A DNA stretch of 64,000 nucleotides from positions 62,214,320-62,278,319 of the forward strand of contig NC_083412.1 in NCBI RefSeq assembly GCF_020745735.1. Reading direction: 5' to 3'. The DNA comes from Hemiscyllium ocellatum (Eukaryota). Positions 26,212 to 38,551 of the stretch are shown here, piece after piece (positions within the stretch are counted from its first letter, which is position 1; each line of letters begins with the position of its first letter). A program made the position numbers and the translations under genes. The notes under the pieces are model-generated. The model searched no databases. It saw only the letters and a list, made by a program, of their open reading frames with translations, and had not been told where the DNA came from.

Positions 26212-27070
26212 CTTTGAAAACAAAAGGTTGAATTTTGACTTTTATAAACTCATGTAAACTTGAAACTACAAAATTAAAAAAAACTAATTTGATGCTGAGT
26301 AAAATCTGGGAAAGGATTACATTCAGCTTTTCCCACATCCCACACTGGTTCAACTTTACTTTCATATATAACTGAGTGCACTTTATCTTTCCAATTATTG
26401 CATTTCTTATATTAATTTGCCAGCTGACGACAAGTCCCTTCTTCCAATACTCTGCACCGGCTGTAGTTTCCTCTTGGTTATGGTTACTCACTTTATGTCC
26501 CCCTTCAACACAAAGCACCTTCCAATCTTGTCTCTTCCATCCACTCATTAGTATTTGCAATAATAAATAGTTTCCATGCCTCAACCTCCATAGCTCCACT
26601 GATCAGAATTCACTTCTGTCATCTTTTGCTCAGTTGTCTGAATTTTCTTATCATTGGCAATCCTTATCCTTTTGCAGGATTTCCTAGGCAAGGGATGTAA
26701 TTCCCTTATTAACCCCTGCACTGTCCTCTCTCCATTCCATGTTTCTTCCTCCTCCTACTCATGCTTCCCTTTTTCCCCGATTCCATATCCTCAAATCCAT
26801 TCTACCTTCCCAACCTCTCCCCTCAAACAGATTCCAGATTCCCCCAAATCCAACTGACCTGAAAAAAACTAATGTAATCATGATTTTCTATATGCAGAAC
26901 AAGATCAACCTAGGATTTATTAGGTATTACTCCTGCTTACTCCTTATTAAGCTGTAGTTTAATTCAACAGTACACTTAAACTCTTAAAGTCATCAAAAAG
27001 AATTATTTCAGTAGATCTACTGATTTTGCTTGAAGAACAGAGAGAGATCATAACAGAAATAGCAACCTAC

Positions 27071-27185
27071 CCATTCGTCACTATAACTCCAGTAGGAGAG
27101 GAATCCTTATTTAAAGCTTCTAATGACCATCTGTAGAGATTCTGGGATGACTTTTTGTTTGTACAGTCGTGCACTAATATTACAC
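27071..27185 (-). CDS. RABL3: RABL3 exon 4 (115 bp, [39 protein letters not shown])
   Basis: Match to human; TGTAG acceptor, GTAGG donor; phase 1/2. Confidence 0.97.
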
Positions 27186-28889
27186 CTACAAAAACCAAAA
27201 AAGATAAAACATCAAAATCATAAGAAGGAGGACAAAACCTTGGACTGGCCCAATCTTCCAATTACAATGCTGTTGTTGAACTAAATATACAAGGGATGGG
27301 ACTTTATTATATGAACCCATGTAGATCTCACCAATATTGCAACAGAAAAGTAAATACAAAAAAACAATTCCAAAGTCTGTCTATCATCTATAAGGAAGAG
27401 ATCAGGATTGTGATGGTGTACTCTTCACCAGCCTGGATATGCGTGGGGATCCAACAATACTCAAGCTCAACAGCACTAAGGACATAGCAGCCTGCTTGTT
27501 CGACACCTTATCTACCTCTTTAAATAATAGTTGGCAGCTGCGTGTACCATATAAAGAATCAATTCAGCAAACTGCCAAGTTTTTTTTAGATAGCATTTAC
27601 AAACTGACAACCTTTACTGCAGATGCATGGGCATACCATGACAAGTAAGTGCTTCAAACCAAACATCATCATGACTTGGTTGTATATCATGGTTCCTTCA
27701 ATGTCACTGGGCCAAAAACCTGGAATTTCTTTCCTAACAGCACTGAATTGAAGGTACGCCAGATAAAAAGCAACCTCATCACGACCTTCACAATGCCAAC
27801 TGGGGTGAACAACAAATTCCAAATCATTTAAAGCTGTTGCCAGTCTGACCTAGTATTAAACATCTTTGCATTGACATTGCTGACTAAATAGGTTACTGAA
27901 GATTTAAGGATGGTGAGTGCCTAGGACATGCTGCCAGAGATGCTGGGAGAAGCAGACAATAGCAGCATTCCAGAAGCTTGGACGTATACACAAATAGGAA
28001 GGGAATTGATGGATATGGATTCTGTAAGTGAAGACAGTTTTACTATGGAAGGAACGTGTCAGCGCAGGCGTGGAGGGCTGAACAGCTGGTTCCTGCACTG
28101 TATTGTTCTTTGTTCTTAATATCTAATGCAAAAATTCTGTGGCTCTGAGAACAAGGTACTCAGTGATTGTCAGTCAAGGTTGTATTTCCTGATACTGGCG
28201 AGGGGCTCAAGCTCTCAATTTGCTGCCTTAAAAATGAGAATGTCATTAATTGCACTAAGTTGTCAGTGTTTTTAAAGTTGTGTCAAAAACACCTAGTTCC
28301 AGTTGTTTGTTGGCAGTGCAAAGTTTTTCAATACCTTTTCTACATAATTTTATTACAAAACTTCGTAGAGCCCTTTATATACGTAATAATCATATATACT
28401 CATGGTGAGTACAGTGCAACAATTAATGCTCGATTAGGGAATATTTACACATTCCAAACAAATCATTTTTTTGTCAAAAAACATCAATTGAATAACAGGA
28501 ATGCAGTGAAACTGAATTTCAAAAAAAAAATTCAAATGTGAATAGATTTGGAGAGAACATTAATAATGTGACTAGAATTCCTGTGGAATTGACACTGTTG
28601 GAAAATGTACTGTTTCAAGAGCATACAAGGTAATACATGGTGCATTGTACAACATGTGTAAGCTGTTCTGTTCTTTTGACATCACATTGTTTAATTGCTA
28701 AGCTGCCCCCAGGGAAAGTTGAGGTTAATTACAGTAACAGCAAATCAAAAGTTACACAGATGCAAAAACATTTTGGAAACCTAAGGAAAGCCTTAAATCA
28801 GTTGGCTTAATCAGAAAAAAAAACTGTGGGAAATAGCTGTCATTCTTTCACTTTAAATCTCTTAAAAAAAGGTCATCTTTGATATATAA

Positions 28890-29627
28890 TTTTACAACAC
28901 GGCAGTAAACCGTTCTGCTAATTAAACCAAACACACAGAAAAACACACCTCACCTTTTAATCTGTTAAAGTATGACTATTTAACAAAAAATATCAATTTA
29001 TTCTTTAACTCTAAAAGTGAACATTAATTAACAAGTATTTACAACTCTAAGTGTCCTTTCTCTTTAAGGTTTATTATCCACCTCCCACTCTATAACAAGA
29101 TCCTAATCCAATAAAACCCCTATTAAAATTTACAGCAACTTAATTTTCAAAACCGGACAGCAGGTTTCAAAACCAGACAGCGGCTGTCGTCTCTGGTGTC
29201 AATCTTCCTCTGTTTATAAATCTCCCTGGGTTGTCTTCGATCTTCTGTTGCAAAGATGTTTCATATGAGAAAGGTACCTTTGACAGAGTGTGGTGAATAG
29301 CAGTCTTTCAATGGCAATTGGTGCTCTTTCTAGCTAACTGTCCAAAATCCTGCTGTTGTTATACCCCAATATCAGATTGTCTCATTTGTTCGATGCTGTC
29401 AAAACAGTAAAACTCAAATTCAACTGGGTTGTGGTATCTTGGGGCATAATTTAACTGATTGGTTAAATTCGAACTGCTGTGAAAACAACTGAGGTATCTA
29501 AGTTACAGCGAAATATTACATCTTTCAATTATCCAGCATACTCTGAGACTGCTAGTTAGTCACATGACAGATGCTTGCCAGCTTTCACTCTCTCACAGGT
29601 ACAGCACATGCCTTCAACTTCATAACA
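28890..29627 (-). mobile_element. Solo LTR (Gypsy-like), 738 bp, with 4-bp TSD ATAA
   Basis: Termini T(T)TTACAA...CATAACA (TGTTA/TAACA with one change); ATAA at 28886-28889 and 29628-29631; AATAAA on the minus strand near 28997. Confidence 0.6.
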
Positions 29628-30105
29628 ATAACAAAGGGCAAGGTTGGAGTTAGATGAAAATATTTCAAAACATTGATATAATTAAATGGTTCATAATGTA
29701 TTTCAGGACAAAAGGATGCAATCCTAATTTGAACCAACATCTAAAACAGATTTGACTCCAAAATATATAGTAAAGGTCCATTTATAGCCAATTTCAAAAT
29801 AACAAAATAATTGCATCACAAAAGGATTTGTACAATAGGACTGAAATGTAACAAATTAGAGTTTCCATCTGGTATTGATGGAAACTTTTGGTCCAAAATA
29901 CAATTGGTCCAGCAGAATCCACATATTAATTTAAACATTTTCAGTTAAAGATAACATCAAGGATTTGATGGACAATATTGTTTCTTTGGTGAATATTCTA
30001 TCATTTTAAGACAAACAGTTTATGTAACATAATGCAGATTAATAGAGGATTGAGGTTACACATAATTACAGACAAAAGTACAAAAAGCAAAAGTTGCTTC
30101 CATAC

Positions 30106-30235
30106 CATTTACAGAGTTGTAAAACACAGCTCTAGTGCTTTTAATACTGCTGGCACTGCCCACAGATCCACCAACATCCCAAAGTTCAATGTAATAGGTT
30201 TTCTCAGCTGGAGTGCCTTCTTTATAATCATGAAC
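30106..30235 (-). CDS. RABL3: RABL3 exon 3 (130 bp, [43 protein letters not shown])
   Basis: Match to human; G3 box WDVGG; CTCAG acceptor, GTATG donor. Confidence 0.98.
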
Positions 30236-30479
30236 CTGAGTTAAAGAAAGAGAATAAAATGTATACATACTCCATAAAAGTCACCAATTTCTAAATCTGA
30301 AAAGAATTCGCTAAAATCAGCTAATATAACTAGCTTCATAACCACAAAAGACTTTTTAATGAATATTCAATGAAAACATGATACAGTCCAGGTATAGTAA
30401 CATTTGAAAATTGGTCACCATTCTGAGGAAATAATTCTTTAGAAATGACAGTAAAATAATTATACAAAAATCTTAGCAG

Positions 30480-30830
30480 ATTTTGAAAAATTTGACAAAC
30501 ATCTGTCCTTAAATACAGAGCTGGCAAAGGATTGGAGGATTGCAAATGTTACGTACACTTATTCAAAATAGGGGAGAAGAACAAACTTGGCTATTATGGG
30601 CCAGATTAACAATTGATGGTAGGGAAACTTTAAAAGTATCCAGGATTAAGTTTAATCCATGCTTGTTCAGGTGGAATTATGAAGGAGCTCCATCACAAAG
30701 GACAAGATATGTCTGACTGACTAAATTAGTATCCTTGTGAAGATAACAGAGAGGATAAATAAAGCAAGTGAAGTTAATATTGTATAAATGGGCTTTCAAC
30801 AAATTTTTGTTGATATATCAAAGATTAGCG
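30480..30830 (+). mobile_element. Old CR1 RT N-terminal fragment
   Basis: DWRIANVT.LFK.G...K.G.Y.P remnant. Confidence 0.6.
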
Positions 30831-31140
30831 TACAAAATGTCTGTCTTCACTTCTAATTCTGCAACTGACTTTCAAAATATGGGTTTCCCTGGAGATCCCT
30901 CCCTTTAGCCAAAACTAAGCAAATCTTACAACTTTTTTTAACCTGTCATGATCGTGGTCTTCTCAATTTGAACATGAGCTCCTTCTGCATTTTGTGCGGT
31001 GAACAATAACAACATGCTGCCTCTCTTTTCCCTTTCTTGGATCTTTGCAGACTGACCATCTTTGAGAGGTTCAGTGATACTTAGGGAGAATCTGCCACCC
31101 AATCCTACAATGGTTTCCAAAGGACTCTTCCCCTCTCAGG

Positions 31141-31457
31141 AGGCGGCATGTGGCTCAATGGTTAGCACTGCTGCTTCACAGCACCAGGCACCAGGTTTGA
31201 TTCAAGCCTTGGGAGACTATCTGTGTGGAGTTTGCACATTCTCGCCATGTCTGCGTGGGTTTCCTCTGGGTGCTCCAGTTTCCTCCCACAATCCAAAGGT
31301 GAATCGGCCATGCTAAATTGCCCACTGTGTTAGGTGCATTAGTTGGGGCAAATATAGAGTGGGGGAATGGGTCTGGGTGGGTTACTTTTCGGAGGGTCGG
31401 TGTGGACTTGTTGGGCCGAAGGGCCTGTTTCCATACTGTAGGGGATCTAATCTAATC
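31141..31457 (+). mobile_element. HE1 V-SINE (small internal deletion)
   Basis: tRNA-like head, V-domain, tail gggcctgtttccatactgta and (TCTAA)n. Confidence 0.9.
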
Positions 31458-32394
31458 CTCTGAAGTCCATCTTCATGGGAAAGTGAATCATATGGATCTT
31501 GTGTCGAAGTAGACATGCTAAGTAACTATCTTATGGACCTCAACTCTATTTGATGTTAGAATTAAATAGATAATTTAAAGTATAATCACCTATGACACCT
31601 GACATTCTAAATAATATCCATGTTTCCATGTATCTTGGAGACCAAAAATCTATCTGCCTTCAGCAAAACAGTAGAGGAGCTCAGGTCATTGTACCTTCTT
31701 CCTAGTAAAACAACCTAGTCCCCCATTTAATCTTTAACAAATAAGCCACCAGGCTTCTTGTTAGCAGAGTTCAGAACAAGTTACATGGCCTCTTTCATTC
31801 CTCCAATTTACCCTGAGTTAAAGACAGCCCCAAAACATTACAACAAAACAGAAAACTTTGAATTTGTAACAGCTCTCTTTCTTTGTTCTTTTAGTCCTTC
31901 TCTCCAAGTCATTCCTTCTGAATGCTAGCTTTTGACAGTCTCCACCACCAAGTGTTATGTATTGAGATACTTCCAAGTTCAACAAACTGCTACTCAAACA
32001 TTAACTACTAGATTAGTTTAAAAGATATTTCTCTCTGTAGTATTCAGGTATGCATACATTCTGCGTATGCCACGTTTCATTGTTTCAACTATTTTTAGAA
32101 GAATGTGCTTCTTTATCTTTCTAAACTAGTTTTGTATCTCAAGTCTAGCTTTTCTTCCATTGTTTTCTAGATAATTAAATGTAAGCTGTTTTATGTGAGT
32201 AAGATTTGTTGGACCTTGACAGCAACAAAACCCTTCACTTACGTTTACTGCCTTCTAAATAATCTAATTTCTGAATGCAAACTGAGAATTAGTCATGTTA
32301 GGGAATGTTTCCAACATTCATCCACACTTTTACTCCAAGTTGGCATACGAAACCTTAGCCAAGAATATTCCCACTATAAATGTTTTCTTTCTCT

Positions 32395-32758
32395 CTTCAT
32401 TCACGGGATGAGAGGATCTCTGGTCAGGCCAGCATTTATTGCCCAGGGGTCTGGCTCCTGACAGAAAAGTCGATTTTTCTGCTTCTCGAATGCTGCTTGA
32501 CCTGCTTTTTCCTGCACCACTCTAATCTGCAGCATCTTTCGCTCAGTTGTGAGTCAACCTAAGGATGGCAGTTTCCTTCCTTAAAAAGGACATTAGTGAA
32601 CCAGATAGGTTTTTCCGATAATGGATTCATGGTTATCATTACACTTTTAATTCCAGATGTTTTAAAACAAACTCAAATTCAAATTCTACCAACTGGCATG
32701 GCAGGATTTAAACATTATCTGAGTCTCTAGTTTAACAGTCCACTAGGCCACTGCCTCG
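32395..32758 (-). mobile_element. tRNA-derived SINE (probable MetaSINE) interrupted by a PLE family A fragment (~32455-32540)
   Basis: ggacattagtgaaccagata core shared with 41.5, 44.3 and 53.6 kb copies. Confidence 0.6.
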
Positions 32759-32932
32759 TCTTATGCAATCAGTCAGTCAGTCAGTCAGTGAGAATACACA
32801 GCTACATCCAGGACACGTGAATCAAGGCAGCTTTCTTTCTTAAAAAAAGTTAAGCCTGTGAACCAATAACTTACTTGAAAAAAAAATCAACTTTCAAATT
32901 TATGAGCAAACTCTGTCCTCTCTCACACGTAC

Positions 32933-33024
32933 CCTCACGTCAACTGAGCATCCAACTGTCCATGATGGATTTCCCAACACCTGGTTGTGGCACAATAAAT
33001 GGACAAGAGATGACTTTCCAACTC
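32933..33024 (-). CDS. RABL3: RABL3 exon 2 (92 bp, [31 protein letters not shown])
   Basis: Completes the P-loop GDSGVGKS; TTTCAG acceptor, GTACGT donor. Confidence 0.98.
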
Positions 33025-36000
33025 CTGAAAAATTAACAGAGTTAAAACTGAAATCAGAAGTCAAATAGTTCAATCTACGGTGGTCAGAGTTATGTTTAAC
33101 AATAGTGCTAGGTAATACTCCACCCACACTTCAATCAAGTGAAAACTTTTACTGACAAATGCAGTTAAAGGTGTAGAACAGACACTATCTCCAAATAAAA
33201 CAATTATGAATAGTTTTATTTCTTAAAAATAGGGGTAATTAACCAAGGATTCTTAGACAGCACATTCCAGGTTTATGACCACAACCATCTAGAAAGACTA
33301 GAACAGCAGATAGATAGGGAAAGATAAAGTCAACATTGTCCTAATGGATCATAGGCTGCTCTCTTCTTTATAGATAGATGAGTCGTGGTGAGTTTAACCT
33401 GGTGACACCATGCTTCAGGGGAGGTTGAGAAGATGAGATTTTCATGGTGACCTCAGCCAGTATAGGAATTAAACCTGTGCTGTTGGTGTCACAAACCAGA
33501 TGTCGAGCCAACTAAACCAATGGGAACACCATTACCATCTCTATGCCACTCACCATCCTGACGTGGAAATATATCGCTAATCCTGGAATTTATTCCCCAG
33601 TGGCATTATGGGGGTACCTATACACAAGGACTGCAGTAGTTCAGAAGGCAATTCACTACCACTTTCTCAAGGGCAACAAGAGACAGGCAATAATTGCTGA
33701 CCCAGCCAGTGACACCAAATTCCTTGAATAAGGAAAAAGTATCTTTTATCGTCTTTTAGAAAAAGCAATCAACAATCCTTATTGTTTGCTTCACCTGCAT
33801 GTTTACTTTCAACGTCTTGAGAATAAGAACACCCTGGTCCCTTCAGACATCAGCACTCTCCGATCTCTTGCCAGTTAAAAATATTCTGCATTTCTGCTTT
33901 TCCCACAAAAATGAATAACTTCGCATTTTCCTGCACTATATTCAATTGGACATAGTTTGCCCACTCATTTAATGTTGAAATTAATTTTGCACCTCTTTGT
34001 ATCCTGTCACATTCCATCTAGCTGTCTCATCACATTTGGAAATATTACATTCAAAATTATTGTTTTGGATGGTGCACAGATCGTGTCCAAGTGTTGATCT
34101 TGGTACCCCACCAGTCATGGAATGGGTATGTTTCTGGAGTTCCCCCGTCCAAAACCCCGTCTCGTTAGGTGCTTAATTGTTCACTAACATTTAAGGCTTG
34201 ATGTGGGAGGGCTGCAGAGCTTAGATCAGATCTGTTATTGCATGTTGCTTACGCTGTTTGGCACATAAGTAGTTCTATAACTTCACCAGGGTTGAAGTCC
34301 CACTTTGAGGTATACTTGAAGCTGTTCCTTGCACGTCATCCTCCATTATTTATTGAAGAAGGATTGACCCCTCTTAGCTTGACAATAATGGTGGTTGGGG
34401 GGGGGGGAATATTCTAGGCCACTCCGCCACAGATTGTGGAGTTGAATACTGCCCTAATGTTGATAACTCAATCGGTTGCCCTGTTTTGTGTTGCTAAATC
34501 TGTTCAAAATCCATCCGACTTAACGAGCCAGTATTAAACAAAAGGTATTGTCAACATAAAAGACTTTTGTCTCCTTTAGGACTGTGTATTAGTTGCTCAT
34601 ACCAAGACTGCCATGGAAAATACATCTGTGACAGGTAATTTAATGCAGATGAGATCAAGTAAGCTTTTCCCTCACCACCAGCTGCAGACCTAGTTTTGCA
34701 GTTATATCCTCTAGGATTTAATCAGATCACTTTGTATTGGTGCTGCTGAATCACTCTTGTTGACAGGTACGCAAAGTGCAAATATTAAAACAAAAAAAAT
34801 GTAGATGATGGAAACCTGAAGCAATAACAGAAATTGCTTGAAAAACTCAACACCATCAGGTAGCATCTGTGGAGAGAAAGCCGTGTCAATGTTTCAGGTC
34901 CAGCAATCCTCCGTCAGAAGTCTATGCTTATGCCTCCCACATGAAGGACTTAGATTGGCAGGGAGAGGTTTAATTGGCAGGAGGTTTCTTTCCCATGTTT
35001 GACCTAATACCATAAGACTTCATAGGGGTCTGGTCTTGCTTTTGAGGATTCCCACAGCATCTCCCGCCCATCACTGTGTTGCCACATGTAGGCCAGATCA
35101 GGGAAGGATGTCAGATTACATTAGCCCCAAAATCTCACTGTTCTAAAACTGGAATGTAGTTATTGTGCTCATGTTTCTCCTCAATTACATCAAAGCAAGG
35201 GCTCTCAAACATTATAATGACTAAGTAACATTTTTGGTGGCATTTAAGACGACTGGTTATCTCAGTGGACCAGATATAGCATGTTGTTCTGGACAGTGTC
35301 AACAGCATAATTTTGATTTTGTTTTTGGCTGAAGTAGAGGTGGGAACTGTCTCAGAGTGGAAGGCAGAGACAATCACTTACAAAAACTACCAAGAATGAA
35401 CAATTAGGAGACACTGAACCATACACCTGCCTACTGGCTGAGCACACATGAATGAATGATATTGATTGAGCAATAAGTTTTGGCCACAGCACAAGGAAAA
35501 GCTCCTAATTCTTTCTTCAACAGTGGATTTTCCTATGTTGATGTATAGCAGTAGAGAAGCGTGAAGGTTTCAATTGAAAGTCTAAAGTTCTATCAATACC
35601 ACAATCTCGTCTGAGGTTTTCTACTCAGGTTTTTGAAGTTGGACTTGAATCTTTGATTTTCTATTCATGATGTGTGCGCCAGGATTTGGCCAAGACTGAT
35701 ATCAGGGTTTAGTTATTTTAGTTTGTTGAAAAGGTACTGAATTTGAACACCATAGAACACTGCACTGGTAAGAGATACTGGATTTTACTGTTGCTTCAGA
35801 ATACTTCAAGATTTATCAACTTCCATGGTGTTCAAGAATTCTTAAATCCTTACTATTAGATTATTCAATTGTAAACAAATTAAACTCAGCTTCTCTTACA
35901 GTACAGCACTGAGCACAGTTCAGAATGCCATATGTTGTAAATGTTTTGGGATGTCAGGAGGTACATAAATGCAATTATTTTCTCTTTGGTTCCAGATTAA

Positions 36001-36127
36001 ACAAATAAAAATCAGCTTCCATTGCGTAACCCAGTTAAGCAATTTGAAACATTGTACAACCATTCTTAACTGACTGTGCAGTACAAGTATGTAATTTAAG
36101 TAAATCAGAGAATGCTCGAAAGATGAA

Positions 36128-36208
36128 CATTCCTGATGAAGGGCTTTTGCCCAAAGTGTTGATTTTCCTGCTCCTTGGATGCTACCCAACCTGCTGTGCC
36201 TTCTTGAC
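36128..36208 (+). mobile_element. Short PLE family A insertion
   Basis: Begins ATTCCTGATGAAGGGCTTTTGCCC; flanked by GAAAGATG at 36118-36125 and 36211-36218. Confidence 0.7.
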
Positions 36209-36512
36209 TTGAAAGATGTATGGCCTACTCCTACTCCTAATGTGTATATTCGTTAGATTTAAATATTTCCATATCGGACATAGAATTGCACAAAATAGAT
36301 CAGGTTATAGAGCTAGTGTCATTAGAGTTGAACCTAATGTAGAAGATCTCAAACACAGAAAAGAATATGGTCAATCTTTGTGGATCATGAAGATCAGAAA
36401 TTCATTTAAAAATGAAATTGTATTTATTGAAGAGTCAATTCTACTTCTAAAACAAAGTGAGAGAGCACGGCTCCTAGGATATATTTGAAAGACTTGTAAA
36501 TGAGATATCATT

Positions 36513-36729
36513 GAGTTAAAAATGAGGTCTGCAGATGCTGGAGATCACAGCTGCAAATGTGTTGCTGGTCAAAGCACAGCAGGTTAGGCAGCATCTCAGG
36601 AATAGAGAATTCGACGTTTCGAGCATAAGCCCTTATTCCTGATGAAGGGCTTATGCTCAAAACGTCGAATTCTCTATTCCTGAGATGCTGCCTAACCTGC
36701 TGTGCTTTGACCAGCAACACATTTGCAGC
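36513..36729. mobile_element. Young PLE family A fold-back insertion with perfect 14-bp TSD
   Basis: Near-perfect ~85-bp inverted arms (36550-36634 / 36645-36729); AATGAGATATCATT at 36499-36512 and 36730-36743. Confidence 0.9.
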
Positions 36730-36879
36730 AATGAGATATCATTCACAATATTAATATTCCAGCAACGGTATGAAGGGTTTAACAAGCAGTTCTGATATAT
36801 TGATAACATAACAGAGTCTTTCTTGATAACTGGAAACACCACACTTTATTAAGAGTGCTTTCACATTACAGATTAGATA

Positions 36880-38090
36880 ATAAAACAGAAAATATTGGAG
36901 AATCTTAGCTGGTCTGCCAACATGTGTGAAGAGAGAAACAGTTAACATTTTGAGTCCAATGTATTGCTTCAGAATTGAAGGAAACTGGAAAAGAGTCAGG
37001 TGGTATGCTGCAGAAAAAAGGAGCAAGGAAGAGCCAGTGGAATAAATAGTAAAGGTGCCCCAGGGTAAAAGACAAAGGGAGTGCTAATGGTAGAGACGAT
37101 TTATAGATGAACAGTACGCATTGATGGTCAAGGTTAATAGCAGAAAACAGGTCAGATCTATTTAGAGCAAATCCATGCCAGAGCAGACTTGGGAATGGTA
37201 AATCAAAACGGAAGGTAAAGTTCATGGTCTGAAATTGTTGCATTCAATGTTGAGTCCTGAAGGCTCCAAAGTGCTCAAGTGGAAAATATGGTGCTATTCT
37301 TTCAACTTGTGTTAGGTCTTACCAGAACACTGCAGCAAAACTAGGACAGAAATTTTAGCTTGAGGGGGCAGTGCTGCATTGAAAAACAAGCAACCAGAAT
37401 GGTAGGACCATTCTTGTTGAAAAGATGGAGGCGTTTTAAAAAGTTACCTGGTCCATTCTTGGTCTCACAATTGTAAAGGAGACAGCAATGTAAAAAGTCA
37501 TTACAGTAAACAGGTTCAAAGCAAGTACAAATAAATCACTGTTCCACTGGCAAAGTGTGTTTCAGGACTTCGATAGTGAGGAAGGAAGAGGTAAAGGAAT
37601 TAGTGTTACATCTGCAATTACATGCAAAAGGGGTCGTTAAGAAGTGTTCAGAGTGAATGCTGACAAAAGAGGGGAAACAAAGATGTTTTTGGTAGAAGCA
37701 TCTCATCAGAGGTGACGGATATAGCAGAGGATGATGCTTTTCATGCAGAAGTGATGGGTGGTAGGAAGTGGAAAGTTAGGACAAGGGAAATCTGCTTGTT
37801 TTGGGAGTGAGGGGGAGGGGTGGAAGCAAAACTGCGGGAGACAGATTGGACATTTATTCCTGATGAAGGGCTTTTGCCCGAAACGTTGATTTTACTGCCC
37901 CTCGGATGCTGCCTGAACAGCTGTGCTCTTCCAGCACCACTCTAAGCCAGAAACAGCTCAGGGCCTGTCACCCAGGAGCGAGGAATCTTTGATTAAAGAA
38001 TAAGGAAAGCATTTTGAGTCACACTGGAGACGTTTCTCTCTCCACAGTTGCTGCCAGATCGGAGTTTCTCCAGCACTTTTTGTTTTCATT
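36880..38090 (-). mobile_element. Old PLE (family B) with GIY-YIG C-terminal remnants and terminal inverted pLTR piece
   Basis: Minus-strand remnants LLYNCETK (~37460-37485) and HHIFHLSTLEPSGLNIECNNF (~37230-37295); pLTR at 36880-36975 and inverted copy at 38027-38090. Confidence 0.7.
37856..37891 (+). ncRNA. Minimal type I hammerhead ribozyme motif (family A), core intact
   Basis: AUUC-CUGAUGA-A-GGGC(UUUU)GCCC-GAAA-CGUU/GAUU; helix III is the palindrome ACGU. Part of a short PLE insertion at 37856-37952. Confidence 0.7.
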
Positions 38091-38179
38091 AAACGTGTTT
38101 ATTGCTTTGTTTGAGGATGTGCCACGTCGAGTCCAGATCCAGGCCACTGTTAGAGAGTTAATGGAGTGTAAACCTTTAC

Positions 38180-38225
38180 CTGAATCCCCTAACACCAGCA
38201 CCTTCACCCGCTCCAAGGACGCCAT
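38180..38225 (-). CDS. RABL3: RABL3 exon 1, coding part (46 bp, MASLERVKVLVLGDS)
   Basis: Matches human MASLDRVKVLVLGDSG; GTAAAG donor. The eight exons sum to 714 nt = 237 aa + stop. Confidence 0.98.
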
Positions 38226-38229
38226 CGCA

Positions 38230-38520
38230 CAAACACGTTCAACCCAGACCAACCCTCAGGTTACCGTTAAAATCTTTAAATAAATACTCGCTGGGGTATC
38301 TCTGGAGCAGAGGGTAATCGTTCAGCTTTCGCCAGCCGCCACCTGAACCTGACAACGGAGCTCCAACCGGAGCCAATCACCGACTAACCTCGGCTCACAA
38401 CGAGCCCTGCGTACTGGCGTCATCACGCACAGTGCCCTACGCGGTGACGTATCATCCGGGACCGTGGTACGTGTTGACGCAGGCCTTTCCTGCTGTGTAG
38501 CGTGAGCCGGTTAATGTGGT
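38230..38520. promoter_or_regulatory. CpG-rich bidirectional promoter shared by RABL3 and GTF2E1
   Basis: Local CpG cluster in a CpG-depleted window; NF-Y type AGCCAATCA (38371-38379); CRE/ATF half-sites CGTCA (38418-38422), TGACGT (38445-38450) and TGACG (38475-38479). Confidence 0.8.
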
Positions 38521-38551
38521 AATGCTCGAGAGTGTCTGTTTGTAACCGGCA
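38480..38551 (+). other. GTF2E1: Putative non-coding exon 1 of GTF2E1 (start approximate)
   Basis: Strong GTGAGT donor at 38552 where the CpG-rich sequence ends abruptly; human GTF2E1 also has a non-coding first exon next to RABL3. Confidence 0.65.

Noticed and set aside
36513-36729. MITE/DNA transposon or pre-miRNA interpretation of the palindrome
   Set aside because: The arms are asymmetric, derive from PLE pLTR sequence that also occurs unpaired, and have 13-15 bp TSDs; there is no expression evidence for a miRNA.
7669-38225. HGD and RABL3 both begin ATGGCGTC (MASL), suggesting a shared or duplicated first exon
   Set aside because: Only 8 nt of identity with no flanking similarity; each start matches its own orthologue.
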